A DNA stretch of 64,000 bases from Orbicella franksi (Eukaryota): positions 7,626,001-7,690,000 of the forward strand of contig OZ116707.1 of assembly GCA_964199315.1 (NCBI GenBank), read 5' to 3'. Shown here piece by piece: positions 1 to 13,261 of the stretch. A program made the translations under genes and the position numbers. Positions within the stretch are counted from its first letter, which is position 1. Every line of letters starts with the position of its first letter. The notes below the pieces were generated by a model that was not told where the DNA came from, did no database searches, and saw only the letters and a program-made list of their open reading frames with translations.

Positions 1-170
1 ATAAACCACACAGGATGTTGGAAGAACACGAAAAGAACTCTTAAATCACCAGCTGCAGGCAAGTGATTTACAAATTCTATGAGTGTTCTTCCAACATCCC
101 AAGTGGTTTATCATGCCTCTAAACCATAAAAACTTGTGGTCTATTGCTTTTATATAACAATTCAGAAGAA
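1..170. repeat. Palindromic MITE-like repeat, left arm cut by window edge
   Basis: ATAAACCAC..GGATGTTGGAAGAACAC (1-30) is inverted as GTGTTCTTCCAACATCC..GTGGTTTAT (83-111) around a central CACCAGCTGCAGGCAAGTG loop; a related loop occurs at ~18805. Confidence 0.6.
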
Positions 171-1690
171 AACAAAGACCTGCCTATCACATTGTTAATG
201 ATTTTAATTCTCTCAGCCAGATAATATGAGACTCTGCTAATGTAAATATTTTTAAGAGACAGGTTTTTAATTTTTTAACTTAAGTGTTTTATAAATTTCA
301 TATTTTTAGTTCTATTAATTGGTATTAATCTTTGAGGTCCTTTTCGAAAACCACATGTACGTGAAAAAGTTTCCTCAATAAAGATTATTATTATTATTAT
401 TGAAGACACTCGAAATTTCCATGAGTTTACTGGCACAATAAACCATAGCTGATCAGAGTGTGCACATTCATTTAATTGTTATGTAAAGTGTAATACAGCC
501 TTGAGAACATTTGCTATCAGGTGGCCTTGAATTCAACTATTGAAAATTGGCCTCAGATTATAAAAAGTTTGCACTACTGCAAGCAAGGAACCAATGGTAA
601 TAAAACACAACCCTTTCATATTTGACTAATTTTGGTATATTTGAAATGTGTCAAGTCATTTAGTATGTTTTCTCTACTTACTGGTAGTCATATATTGACC
701 TTCCCCAAAGTGTCCCTTCATAAAAATGTACCATTTTGGCACTATTTGGGTTTTGTCCCCTGTTGCTCGCTAGAAAGGCCCTTGAGTAATATTATGGAAG
801 CATATAGAGGAAAACGAATTGGCACAAGACCTGTTAGTTGTAGCTCATGTTCTCAAAAGGTTATAGACCAAGGGTTCAATGAAAATGGTTAACATTTATT
901 TATGGCTAGCATCATTTATTATAGCCTGTATGCATAGTTTGTTTTCATTTGTTGCTGTTTTAGTAAAGTATTTAGACTGTGTTTTAGTTTATTAAGCTGG
1001 TGGTATGTGATTTGATTTCATCATGACCAATTCCACCTCCCCAGCATGTAATCACATTTGCTACTGTTTTTCAAGATGTCTTCTCAGGTTACTTGAGTGA
1101 AACGACTTTTTGTTTTTTTTTTCTTTAAACATAATAAAATGGTCAGTTCACAGTTTCAATTGTTGCTTGACTGTATTGGTTACACTAATTTCAATGAATT
1201 AAACTCATGGTTTTTTTTCATGTTGTGTCCAGTCTTCAGACTGATTTTATGTTTGAAGTAAAATGGCATGAACTATTAGTCCTGGTGCCCCCAAAATGTT
1301 GTCTCTTTTCTGAAACCACTTTAAATATTTCAAAGAATACAACCAATTTACTTGCGCTTTTTTTTTTCAGCGTTCAGTGTCTATGCTGTTGGTAGTTCAA
1401 CACTTCCTGAATGAGTCAATTCAATGCAGTTAAGCTGTGATTGATTTCATTTTAACAGAAACACTAAAAATGAACATTTAATACAAATAAATTTCTCTCT
1501 GTTTGGTTGTAGCAAGCAATATTATTGAGTTTCAAACCCAAAAGGTAATAAACAGTTTCTGTGTTTGTTTTTTTCAGAGATGAAAACGTGTTCAGGTGAG
1601 TACTTCTGGTTGTCATGGTTTTCTTGTATGGTGGCCCATCAGTTTCACTCTCAAATCCAGAAAAAGTAAAATATATATGAGATTTCACTG

Positions 1691-2906
1691 TTAACGGAAC
1701 TTTATATTTCTTTTGAGAAACTTAAAGGCTTTAATTGCATCCTTTGATTCTACTCTTTCTAGATTTGAAAGTAGTGGCAGACATTCCCTCCTCACTCTTG
1801 GCTCAATTAAGTTGAACATGTCTCCATCCAGTACCCCTGACAATTCAGCCACCTCCCTCAACTCATCCTTGTGTAATTGAATTCCCATGTTGGTGCCTCC
1901 ATAATGTCCCTGGAAAGAGAAAATGTGGTCTGGTACCCCAGCTGGAATTTCCAACTTATCTTGCACGCGGATTCTGCGAGAATTCCAGTACCTAACAAAA
2001 TGTCACACTTGCGCTGCACAACTGGTATAAACACATAAGCAAGCACTTGTCTATCGAGTGCACTGTGTCGGTCATACTCTCTTCCTTGTCCATTTGAGCA
2101 TTGTCCATTGTTCTTTAAGGAACTTTTCTAGTCGTTCATGTAGTTCACGCCACCATCTCTCGATCTTGTTGCTTGTTGAGGGGCCATAAATTATTGCATC
2201 AGTGGGATCATTCATGACTTTGAGCTTCTTAACAGATATATGTGAATTGTAGCCATTTTACCAGTTTCCATTCCTTTGTCAACCCTGAGGTTTCTCGAAA
2301 GCATCTCTGTTTTAAATAGGTACCAAAGATACATCTTGCCTACAACTTAAGGATTTGAGTTTGATTGGCACACAAAGAAGAAGAGGATTTTGTGAGAAAA
2401 CATGTCAATACGGTGATATACACCAAGAGGAAAGGTGGAATTTTGATAACATACAGTTTATCATGCCCTTCTAAGGAAGCTACCCATAAAGGTCCTTTGG
2501 ATGTAAACTGACCCTTGGGCTTTTTCTTTCATCCTTGAAGACTTCTTGCCTGGAGTCCTGCAGGATCCAATTCAGCAATCATGTTGTAAACAAGATGATG
2601 TGGTACCTGAACATTGTGCTCTGTTCTAAGCTTCTGATTCATTGCTCTGTAACCTTGAAGTCGGTCTGGTCCTTCTAATTCTTTCTGCACTGCATCTGAC
2701 ACTGCTGCAAGTGGAGTGTCGTAATATATGTAATGAATACCAAAGTGACGAAGATGTCTGTCGAGGGTAACAAGACTCCAATGACATCGGGGAAAATCTC
2801 GCTGCATAAAATCAAGAACCTCTGATCTCTTTAGATTTTGGCTAATATATGTTTTTAAGTCTTGTTTGAACTGATTGTCCTCCTTCCATTCACTCTTCGA
2901 GGCCAT
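1691..2906 (-). pseudogene. Decayed DDE integrase-core transposase (IS3/IS481-like eukaryotic family, IS3EU-like)
   Basis: Minus-strand fragments read ..VQKELEGPDRLQGYRAMNQKLR..WVASLEGHDKL..LRVDKGMETG..IYGPSTSNKIERWWRELH..; D/D/E motif positions are recognisable, with stops and frameshifts between them. Confidence 0.72.
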
Positions 2907-3401
2907 GATTAGTGCAATCCACAGTGGTCAGCATTCATTCGCCACCTTGGAAAACAAGTCCCAGTCCCAGTCCTTTCTGTGTGGGACGATAATGCTGGTC
3001 CATTTGGTAAAATCAATTTTTTTCTCTTTTGTTACTTCGGCAGTCTTAAAATTTTTTTTTTCAAATTATTATCCTTTTAAATTAAATTTTAAAACACATT
3101 TGCCTTTGTAATTGATTTTTGCTTTGAAAATCAATTTTAACTTTAAAACAGAAGTGAAATTATAAACGAAATGAAGATTCAGTACACATTGTAAATTGAA
3201 TTTGAAATGAAATCAAACATGATAATTAAATTCAACATTGGCATTCAGTTATCGCTGCAAAAAGTCAAGTAATGCTGGGCCACCATACCGAAGAAACCAA
3301 ACTGGCCATCCAAACATTTCTTTGACTCAAGCCACACTATCTTTGGTCGACCAGTGTCACGAATTTTTCGCAATTCTCGTTAACTAGTCACGAGGACACA
3401 A

Positions 3402-3760
3402 CTATTGCTTTCGGTAGAAGTGGTGTCTCCTAATGGAGCCGTTTGTTTGCATCTTCAGGTTGTAAACTCGAATCTTGCCTGCCAGTAGTTCTTTCAAGTG
3501 TTTTATTTGCAATTTGTTTGAGCAGGTAAACTCTGACTGGCATGGAATCTCCATCCCTCCACACAGTTGCTTACAATGTTGTCTACGATTGATCACTTCA
3601 ACACTAATTTCTCCACAAAATGCAAGAAAATACGACGCTACTCGGGAAACCTCGCAAGGTAAATGGCCAACCGTTTCGTTGCCCTTCACTACTTTCACAA
3701 CATGTTTGTCCACGGGGTTATCAAACTCTCATTTAGAAACAAACTTGGCTGTTTTTTTGT
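3402..3760 (-). pseudogene. HIRAN-domain-like ORF fragment, probably transposon-associated
   Basis: EFDNPVDKHVVKVVKGNETVGHLPCEVS..GEISVEV..GGMEIPC fits the HIRAN pattern E-x-x-N-x-x-D-x-x-A-V..VG(H/Y)LP; stop immediately upstream. Confidence 0.55.
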
Positions 3761-4319
3761 GTGGTTCCGTTTCAGGTCTAAGCTTGTTGTCCACTACAGC
3801 GGTCCTGTTAGTCTGGTTCAAGAAGACATCTAGCAGCGAGATTCGACTGGATGATCTTAAGAAACAAGCAAAGGTAATGGGATCGAGTTTACTGCATAAT
3901 AAAGATAAGAATACATTCATGAAAGCTGTAGCGTCAACACTTTTAAAAGATGAAAAAGTTGTGTTGTCTCATTCTGACTATTCAAAAGTGACACAAGAGG
4001 ATGTAACAATTGCACAAGGCAATTAGTGATAAAGTATTTTTTGTTTATAATTGTACTGGCATTGGTGTACATGTAACACTTGAACGAAATACAGATGTTT
4101 GGAATTTACTTGTTTGTTATGTCTTATTTGGTGTTCTGATTTATATCCCCCTCCACCAAAACCAAAATATCTATAAAGATTAAAGAAAGCAGATTTACAA
4201 TGTAGTACACTATATTCATAGTTTTTATTCATTCATAATGCTAACAATACATGTATATATGTAACAAAAGTTGGCTGCTAATTTGGACATTCACTTAACC
4301 AAATATTGAAATTCCATTA

Positions 4320-4815
4320 AGTCCATTCTGGATATGACATTTGCCAAATACAGAGATCTCATCAATACATCACTGGATATGACATTTACCAAATACGGAG
4401 ATCTTATCAATCCAACACTGGAAATGAAATTTACCAAATATGGAGATCTCATTAATCCAACGCTGGATATGGGATATACCAGATGTGGAGATCTCATTAA
4501 TCCAACACTGGAAATGAAATTTACCAAATATGGAGATCTTAACAATCCAACACTGGAAATGAGATTTACCAAATATGGAAATCTTATCAATCCAACACTG
4601 GAAATGAAATTTACCAAATACAGAGATCTCATTAATCCAACACTGGAAATTAAATTTACCAAATACGGAGATCTCATTAATCCAACATTGGAAATTAAAT
4701 TTACCAAATATGGAAATCTTATCAATCCAACACTGGAAATGAAATTTACCAAATATGGAGATCTCATTAATCCAACACTGGATATGGGATATACCAGACG
4801 TGGAGACTTTAAATA
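4320..4815. repeat. 45-bp minisatellite, about 11 copies
   Basis: Unit ATGAAATTTACCAAATATGGAGATCTCATTAATCCAACACTGGAA repeated at 4335, 4380, 4425, 4470 and onward, with no spacers. Confidence 0.95.
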
Positions 4816-5257
4816 TCCAGCTCTGGTACTGAATACTCCTCAGTTGGAGATTTCCATACTCCAGACCTGGTTTTTGTGATTTCAGCGGCTTTTCCAGTTT
4901 TGGATATTTCAATTTACCAGGGTTGGTATTGGTATTAAACTTGCCTGGATAAAAATTGGTAAACCAACTCTCGATAAATTGCAATTTTTCCAAACTGGGA
5001 TTTTCCATGAAACCCAGCAAATTTCCAAGTTTAAACCAAGTTTTATCAGGTCTGGATTTTTGTTTTTTTTTCCTGTGGAAATCGATTAAAGAGAAGCATT
5101 TAAAAGGTATTTTCAGGGTTGATTAACTGATTAATGTTGCTGCAAATACCCAACATTAGATTTTGTCAAATTTGTTGTGAACATCTGTGAACAAACAACC
5201 AACTTTTTTTACAGGAGTGCTTTTTGGAGTTCTCATTTTTCCAAAATCATGCTTGAA

Positions 5258-5294
5258 AGTTGGGGTGCAGCTTATACATGAGTCTTAACGGTAA
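5258..5294. mobile_element. Possible pogo/Tigger-like terminal repeat remnant
   Basis: GGGGTGCAGCTTATACATGAGTCTTAACGGTA resembles pogo-type ends (..GCGGCTTATAC..ACGGTA); no partner end found. Confidence 0.3.
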
Positions 5295-8200
5295 GCTGAA
5301 TAATCTCACGCCACCACAGTGTTTTTAAATGTGTTATTTAAAGGTATTACCAAAAAATGTGAACCTGAGTGTGCATGCAGAAATCTCATATCACTTGAAG
5401 CAAAAAAATGAGACACCTGCATTCAAGCTAATGATTGCAGCTAATTGGTTTAAGTTCGGTACAGCCTGGCAGATTTCAATCAATGATTCAGGTTATAGAA
5501 ACCATAAGAGAAACCTCACAGAAAAAATGTTAAACCTCCACAAAGCAAACTTCGCTTAAAGCGTAAAGGGTACATGTACATCTGAAACAGCACTGCTACC
5601 ACACCTGAATGACCTTCGAATGACCCGGTGAATTTTTCTTTGCCCACTTGCACGCAACATGTTCCGTGATAAAACAAATCCGATGTCAAATAACTTCACT
5701 GGTGGTTCATCCTATCATACCCTGTGACTGAAAGCCCTTTGTTCAGTACAAAATGAACATTACTACACGTACATGCGTGTGATACAATGTTTGTGACAAA
5801 GAAATGAGGCATGAAGATTTAAAAATGACACCAACAGTTCAGTTTCCGGTAGTGTGTCAGAAATGATTTGCCATGTAAATTCAGACAGTGTTAAATGATC
5901 AAAACCATTAACGCAGTTCTATTTCTTCAGCAAAATCAAAATCATGCTGACAATTGTTGCAGAAGACGCTATCGTCATAATAATATTGCAACATGGCATT
6001 TTCGCTTTCAAAAATCCCCTTAGAATAACAATGGAATTTTTTGCTACAATTTGGGCAGATCTCCGTGACGTCACCTTCACCATATTTTTCTTTTAATTCT
6101 GAAGAGGCATTGTTTGGACGGGTAACATCACTAGGCTCTAATTAATCATGATGTCCTCTCCCTACAGTCAGACAAAATTGAACAGCTGAAACAATTCCTT
6201 TTTATGGGCTCTTCATGATTATTATGAAATGATCTGGTTTTTGACAGAAGAAACCTGGTTACTTAAAGGAAGATGTGTATGAACTGATCAACTTATTAGC
6301 AAGCAGTTAAACTAAAGAAAAACACTATACTATTTGTAACAAACAGCAGTCCAACTCTAAAACCATAGTAAAAAGGTTAGAGTCAGTCCACTGAGCACTC
6401 GTAAAAGTAAAAGAATTGAATGGAAATTCTGGGTTCCCGTGATATCACTTTCTATTCCATGATTTTCAACACATCATTCACATGGTGATTCATTACAATT
6501 TCCTCAATCAATCTGCTTTCATAGTTCTATATATGTACTTTGCAAGTTTCTTTTCAGTACAACATTTGCCCAAGTCGGAATAAAAACACAACAGACATAA
6601 CCGACTTCAAATGTCAAAATATTCAACATATCTAATTTTTAAAAGAAGAGAATAAATTGGCAAACTGCACTTATTCTTGAAACTCTGATTTGGCTAAAAT
6701 CACAGTAGCCGATTAAATCACCTCAAGTTCATTTAATTCATGAAAAATGAACTTAAAAATTTGAATATAATGACATTTACAAATCCAGGATGTAAAGACC
6801 TGGAAAAAATATTAGCCAATCAAAAATGTGTAACCTGCAAAAAATACGATTTAGTTGTTATTTCAATGTCATTACAAAATGCACTGAATAAAAACATTGC
6901 AGATTTAAATGCTAATAGCAATCTTAAAGTTTAGGCCATAAGAGGATTCAGGGAAGTACTGTCCCCATGCCAATGACTCCCCCCCCCCCCACCCCTCAAT
7001 GTGCTAGCTCATCATTTTTGCCATTTTGTGTTTTAATCATGCAAAAAAGTAGGGCCAGGGTATCAGTGTTATATAATTTTTTTGTATGATTCTTCATAAT
7101 TATGTTGACTGTTTTTGTCATGTTGCCCTGCTTGTGGATAATCTATGGAAGAAATTGGAATGAGATCGCAGAAATTGATTTTAACCAGGTGATACATGCA
7201 ACAGATTATAGTCACGGTTGAAATGTAAGTCTAACACGCAAATCAAATCAGTTATGAACAAATTTGCTATGGGCATTCAAAGGACACAAAGACTTGAACA
7301 TTTCTTGGTACATACCTTTGTCTTTCTTCCTTGACTCCTTGATTTCTTTGTTAGATGGACCAGGGCCTCTAGCGTCCCTGACTTTAGTTTGGGAGCTGAT
7401 ACTGCTATCACTAGAGCTAGTTTCTTCACTTTTCCACGGTACAACTGTCATTGGATGGTCCGTTTGTTCACTCATAGCACGGAGATTGGTTTCATAGCTG
7501 TGTGCATTATAATCACTTAGGGATTTGGTGGTCACAAAAGAACAGCTGGGTCCATCATTGTGCTTTGCAGGGTCCTTTTTGTCCGTAAGCTCACTTGGGC
7601 TTAGCTCCTCATTATTGCTAGATACCAGCAAAAACTCTTCATCTTCTGCTATCAAAGAAAGCTCTTCCCACATTTGGCTGGTAGAACAGGTCAAATTTTC
7701 AATGTCTTTGCTACAACTGCACTTCTTTTTGCTTGGCGACAGCGAGTACTTGTCCGTCATAACCTTTCTTGCTTCCTGCCCACAAGATGCCGGGGAGAAT
7801 GTTGGCAGAGGACGGTAATTTCCAAGCTTTTCTTAGCATTAAATTCTGCGCAAAAAGCTTAACGGAGGTATATTATGAAATCCAAGTGCAAGTCCACCAC
7901 ACTTTACGCACAGCACCTCTAAGAAGTCTTTGTTCTTGTATTCATTGGTATAATGACTGTTTTAACTTAATAATTTCTTCTTCATGAATTGACAAGTGGC
8001 TGTTTTGTATTTCATTTCAGGACAAAAAGCCCCAAGTTTTGCCTTTTTGCAAGACACTAATTCCATTGTGTTGTAATCTTAAGCCTCTTCCAGCTGTTCA
8101 GAAAGTTAGGGTGTAGCACAAAAAAATGGCAAGCGAAATAAAGGAGAGAGGAATAAGCCAGGCTAAGACGTATTTAATTTTTGACTACACATTATTTCTT

Positions 8201-9051
8201 ATAGAAGAATATTGTTTCCCCAATTGAGGCTAAATACTCTTATTTTTCTGCTGAGTTTAGGAATGTATTTGGTGTCTGGATGGTGTTCAAGTAATTTTAA
8301 AGCCAGCCTGCAGGCACTGCTGATCACGCACATAACTTTTTCATCAAACATAGGCTAGTGATGTTTATATTGCTTTTTCCAGTTTTGTCGTTTAGAGAAA
8401 GGAAGAATTTTAAACACTTAAGTTAAGAACATAATTATGTATTGTACTTACATATTTTCAACTCACAAAATTATATTCTTTTCAAAATCTGAGCCTTGGG
8501 TTTATTCTTAAAATATTCTAAGAATTTCGCAAATTTCAACCTAGATATTCATATAAAAGATCTTACAGAAAAGAAAGAGTGTATTTAGTACTAACTGCTA
8601 GATGTGGCTTTTCCCATTAAATCCGAGCAGTCTGCAATCAAATTTAATTTGAGCCGTGATAAAAGGTGAGAACCAAACTCTCTGTTTTCTTCTTCGTGGC
8701 TCTCTTGGTGGGTTATTTTTTACTCAGGACAGAAAAACAATAAAACCCTTGGAACCAGAAAAAATGCAATGACTGACATTATTTTGTGTGTGTCAACTCA
8801 GTGTTGTGTCCTATGGGCAAATATCAGTCACAGAGTCCAGAACAAGCTGTGGCAGCATTTTGGGAAAAAGGTAAAATGATCACACAAGAATTAAACAAAT
8901 GAAGACAGATATTGGCACTGACACATAGCAGATGTCAAGCCTGCTCCCATACTGATTTGTGGGGCAAAAATTTCAACATTATCTGCTATAGCCACCTTGT
9001 GGCACAGTTGATCATCCAAGAGCTGAGAAACCCACAAAAGGGACACCTTTT

Positions 9052-9252
9052 CCCAGAGGGAGGGTACTCCCTTATGTGGGCTATATAGGTATGTGTGGCC
9101 CAAAGGGTACGGTTTTTCAGTCTGAACTAGATTGGTTGGGTATTAAATAGGGTAGGGAATATTGCAGATTTTGGTCGTAAATAGGGTAAGGGTTTTGGGA
9201 AGTGGGCTGCACACCCCCACCAAATTTTCCTAGGAGTACCCCCTCCCCCGGG
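9052..9252. mobile_element. About 200-bp MITE with GC-rich TIRs
   Basis: CCCAGAGGGAGGGTACTCC ... GGAGTACCCCCTCCCCCGGG inverted termini; non-coding interior. Confidence 0.6.
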
Positions 9253-10900
9253 TACCTTTTATAGGCTTGATGCCGAAATGCTACGTCAGCAGAACTCCAT
9301 TACACATAATGCGAAAACAATCCCTCAATTACTCATCATCACAAAGTGATTGATGTTACTACGAACTATAATCCTCTGTTCTCAAACAGAGAAAAAAGGA
9401 TTATGCTCTGGTTGCATCGGAAGTAATACAATTGGGGTAAATGTCATTCATTTTACACCACAAGTAATTTTACGTGTGACTCCACAATCAAACTTATTTT
9501 GCTTTCTATTAACCTCAGTTTTACGTGAGCTCTTTCAAAAGACTCTAAAATTAAGAAATGGTTTGGCATTTAACTAAAAATGACTAGAACAAAGCTTTTG
9601 TTGGTTTTAAAGATACAGTGGCCTTCGAATTGGGACCCATTACAGCATTCTAGGAGTCTACTAGAGGCTAAAATATTTTGAATGTGAGATGTGAAAAAGG
9701 CAGTAAAGAGGTTAAAATTTTCAACTTTGCAAAACCAAAATTTGTTGGGGAGTTTGCCATTTGCACGACTGTGACAAGCTTCCAGTCACAACTGGAAAGC
9801 TTTGTCAGTAGAGGGCTCACTATCAAATTCAAGTTGATCACCATCATCTCATAGTTGCGATGTAGTTCCCAGTTCAGAAATGAGCCTAACAATGCCAAGT
9901 GGCACTCCAAACAGTGGCTCTGCCTCTACGACCTATCAACAGCCAGTAATGCCAGATATTGGCAAATATGATGGAAAATGAAAAATGACGCTGCCTTCGA
10001 TACTAATACCGATACTCCTTGCACATCTAAGCAACGAAGAATTCGGAAAAGAGGGTTGCCTGAGCCAGATGCTACTGAAATTATTCAAAGTCTTCCATGG
10101 AAAGATGTCCTTTCACTCCTTCAGCAGAGATTCAAATAATGCCAAGTTGGTAAGACCAATGATTGATATTTATAAAATCTCAAAAACTGTTTTGCAATAA
10201 GGGTTCGTTTATTTTGGATACTTAATGCATTTTGTTCATAAGTGAATTAGTTATATGTAGCGTTTGGGGCATGTTACACTAAGTTCGTTTTGTTATCTTT
10301 TTTTTCACTCATGTCAGCTCAACCATGAAACACCAAGAATGCAGCAGTTTTGTAAAATTTCACAAAGAACAGAATGTCAAATACTTTGTAATGGCTATTA
10401 AAGAGTTCTCATCATAAAAATCATAATATTTATTTTAAAGAATGAGACAGATAATGGCGGGGTAAATCTCTGTAGTGTTATGTTAGGCATTCCCTTTGAT
10501 GTTTTGAGTACACTGACTTTCCCTCTTGATTGGACAGTGTTGGTTTCCGGCACTTGTTGCGCAAGTCATCAGAAGATTTAGAGTAGTTCTCACCTTGACA
10601 AATGCTAGTAGTGAGGTAAATACAGCGAAGATGAACGACTGATAGTCTAAATTCAAAGCCCTAACCTTAATTAAGGACCATCACTAAAGTAGGGGCCTAG
10701 TGAGAATTTAACAATTTGAATGAAGGAATTCACACTTTCTAGTTTAAAATCAACTAACTTGCAATCGGATTTTGTATTGTTACAAGTTTTGTTATTACAG
10801 TGCATATTAGATATGAAATTACATTTCATGCCATATTTACGTGCATGATGTCGCTTAATTCAAGGCATTATTTCAATATAAATTTTTAGCAGTTCATTCA

Positions 10901-11213
10901 GGAACCTTTTCTGTACCAGTCAGCCAACTAGTTACCCCAGAAAAAAAGCAATTGCTGATCAGAGAAATCGACCCAAAAGCAGTGGATGTACTTAAGGAGA
11001 AAATAATCCAACATCTAAATAGATTTTACTCTAGAATTCCTGTGATAGTCCTGCAACTCAAGTCTAAGGATGAGTCTAAAAAGGAATATTTGTCCTCTTT
11101 ATGCCTAGAAACCCTAGGCAATAACCATCTGAGAAAAGCTTCCCAAGAGCTGGTCATTGATCAGCACTTCAGGGGTTGTCAGATTGTCCTTAATCATGAT
11201 GTGATGATCTATG
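10901..11213 (+). pseudogene. ParB/Srx-like domain exon fragment, truncated at the start of the 2.2-kb duplication
   Basis: After acceptor ttcattcag: FSVPVSQL..LLIREIDPKAVDVLKEKII..IPVIV..LETLGNNHLRKASQEL..VMIYAG; the LGxNH motif resembles the ParB GxHR motif. Frame runs into the duplicated unit at 11211. Confidence 0.42.
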
Positions 11214-13160
11214 CAGGACGGGCCCACTACTGGAACCGAATGTCGATTGCGTATCGTTTCAGCCTTGTGCAAGTTGGTGCCTGGCTGGGGTTCGTTGCCC
11301 GAATATTACCAACGCTATGATGAGGTCACATGTCAATCGTTTAGCCTCCACGCAATCAAAGAAATTCTTGTAGAAATAAAGGTGTCACGATATTTAAGCT
11401 CTACTGACCAAACCGAAAACCTGTCGACTGTGTCCAACTGGAAATACACGGGCTGATTTTTCAACTTTCACTCCCTTGCGTACGGGGCTCCACGACTTCC
11501 CATAGAGATTAGGTGGGATCCACAACGTGTAAATGGACCATATACTATTTAGTTTAAGAACAGTCTTTATCTATTCATGTACTCATGTCTAAACGTGTTT
11601 AGTTGCAGTATTTATTATATTCGTGGCTTTTTTGTTCATGAACAAAGAAACGTCAAAAGTGATTCTTTTTTGTTGTTGTTGTGTGAACAGCGAAAGCAAA
11701 ACACGAATGTTAGCCGAGACAAGCATCCCTGGTGTAATATCCAGACAACAAAATGAAAATGTATAAAAAGTACATAACGGTAAACGTAGGTTTAGACAAG
11801 CAAATAAAATGTGTATGTAATGTTATGTCAAGACTCCTTGAATTTATCTCAATCGACACTATGGCCAACCTTCATGGGAAATGGAAGGATGGAATGGGAA
11901 AGGGAGCGAGATGGCAAAACGCGATGCCCGTCAATGGTTGTGTGTTGCAAACGCTGAGCCGGTTTTAGCAAACAACTCAGGTCCCACGGCACCCTTTGGC
12001 TTGTCCTCCACACCCCTGTTTTTTTCCACCACCCCTGCCTGAGTGGGACTCAGACACGATGACGTAATGGGGTGGGGTCATTGACGTCACAGTTATGATG
12101 TTGATGATTATGTCATCATGGCTGTGACGTCAACACGACGTTTCATTAAAAAGTGAATTTTGTCACCAGTGTCGCGATGTATCAATGAAGTCCAAGTGGC
12201 CCGATGCCGCCCTGCACGGCCGATCACGTATAAAAAATGGGTCACTCCGATCGTCGTGACCATCATTTGGAAAACGTCTTGGATGAGCGAACAAGTGAGC
12301 AAGCAACAAGAAGCAGGTACATGGAACGATCGACCGACCATCGCGAATGTAATGGACATTATTCATATATTTTTTTGTCTTTTTTTTATTTACCCACTCT
12401 AGGTCTAGAATTGCCATGAGCAATTGCTACTGTTGTAAGCAGGAAAGACGCTGTTGCAGAGGACCACTCACCTGATGAAAACCAAAACACACAAGGGACA
12501 CACGATAGAGGTGGAGGAGGATCTGAAAAAGATGTGAGGCCTGGGGCGAGTAGTAAGGAACTGTCGAGGCATCCAACGCGAGTACGAGGACGTAGAGACT
12601 GGCGTTTGGAGTTTCGTGTTTCTCGGACACACCAGAGACAAGGCGATTAAGGGAATGAACCATGTGAAATCGTTTTTGTGATGCAATTTGAACTCTGATT
12701 ATTTTGAAACGTTTTGTAAGATATGTTTTTTTAGGTTAGATGCAGCGAAGATAAATAGATGTAAACTTGGGGTCAGTGACGGTGTAAAAAAAAATAAAGG
12801 TCTTGTGTCATGTAACGTCTTGGACTTTGTGCTCTCTTTGTTCTCTGTTCTCTGTTAAACCATTGCTCTGCAGACAGTGCGGTGCCAAAAAAAAACAGTC
12901 TAAGACGGAAATTAAGCCACGCGTGCCAGTATGCAGTCTCATCCCTAGAGAGGGAGTGAGGGAGGAAGGGAGGGTTCGATTTGAACATGAAAGTAAAGTC
13001 TTGTATGCCAAACAACAACAGAACTACATATAGTACCGTTTTGCCTTCTGGGCCTCTTGGTGCAGTCCTGAAAGTTTAGCACGAATGTGTATGTATATAA
13101 ATATTATATGTGTATTCTATATGTTAATTATACATATTTATATTATATATATATTATATT
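11211..13160. repeat. Copy 1 (uninterrupted) of a ~2-kb segmental duplication
   Basis: Near-identical to 13434-14578 plus 26245-27125; ends in a TA-rich microsatellite. Confidence 0.9.
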
Positions 13161-13261
13161 ATCGGTATTCCAAATTGTTTCATTTGCCATGGGACGTCAG
13201 TGAACATTGTTCCCTTGGACACTGACATGCTGCAGGTGATGTTGCTGGAAGTGAATCAAGT

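Noticed and set aside
4320-4815. CRISPR array
   Set aside because: Units are contiguous 45-mers with no unique spacers; no cas genes; eukaryotic context.
5600-8000. Coding fragments on the minus strand (CPNC..CNNC peptide; 170-aa Ser-rich ORF)
   Set aside because: No recognisable family, and no consistent exon chain could be built.
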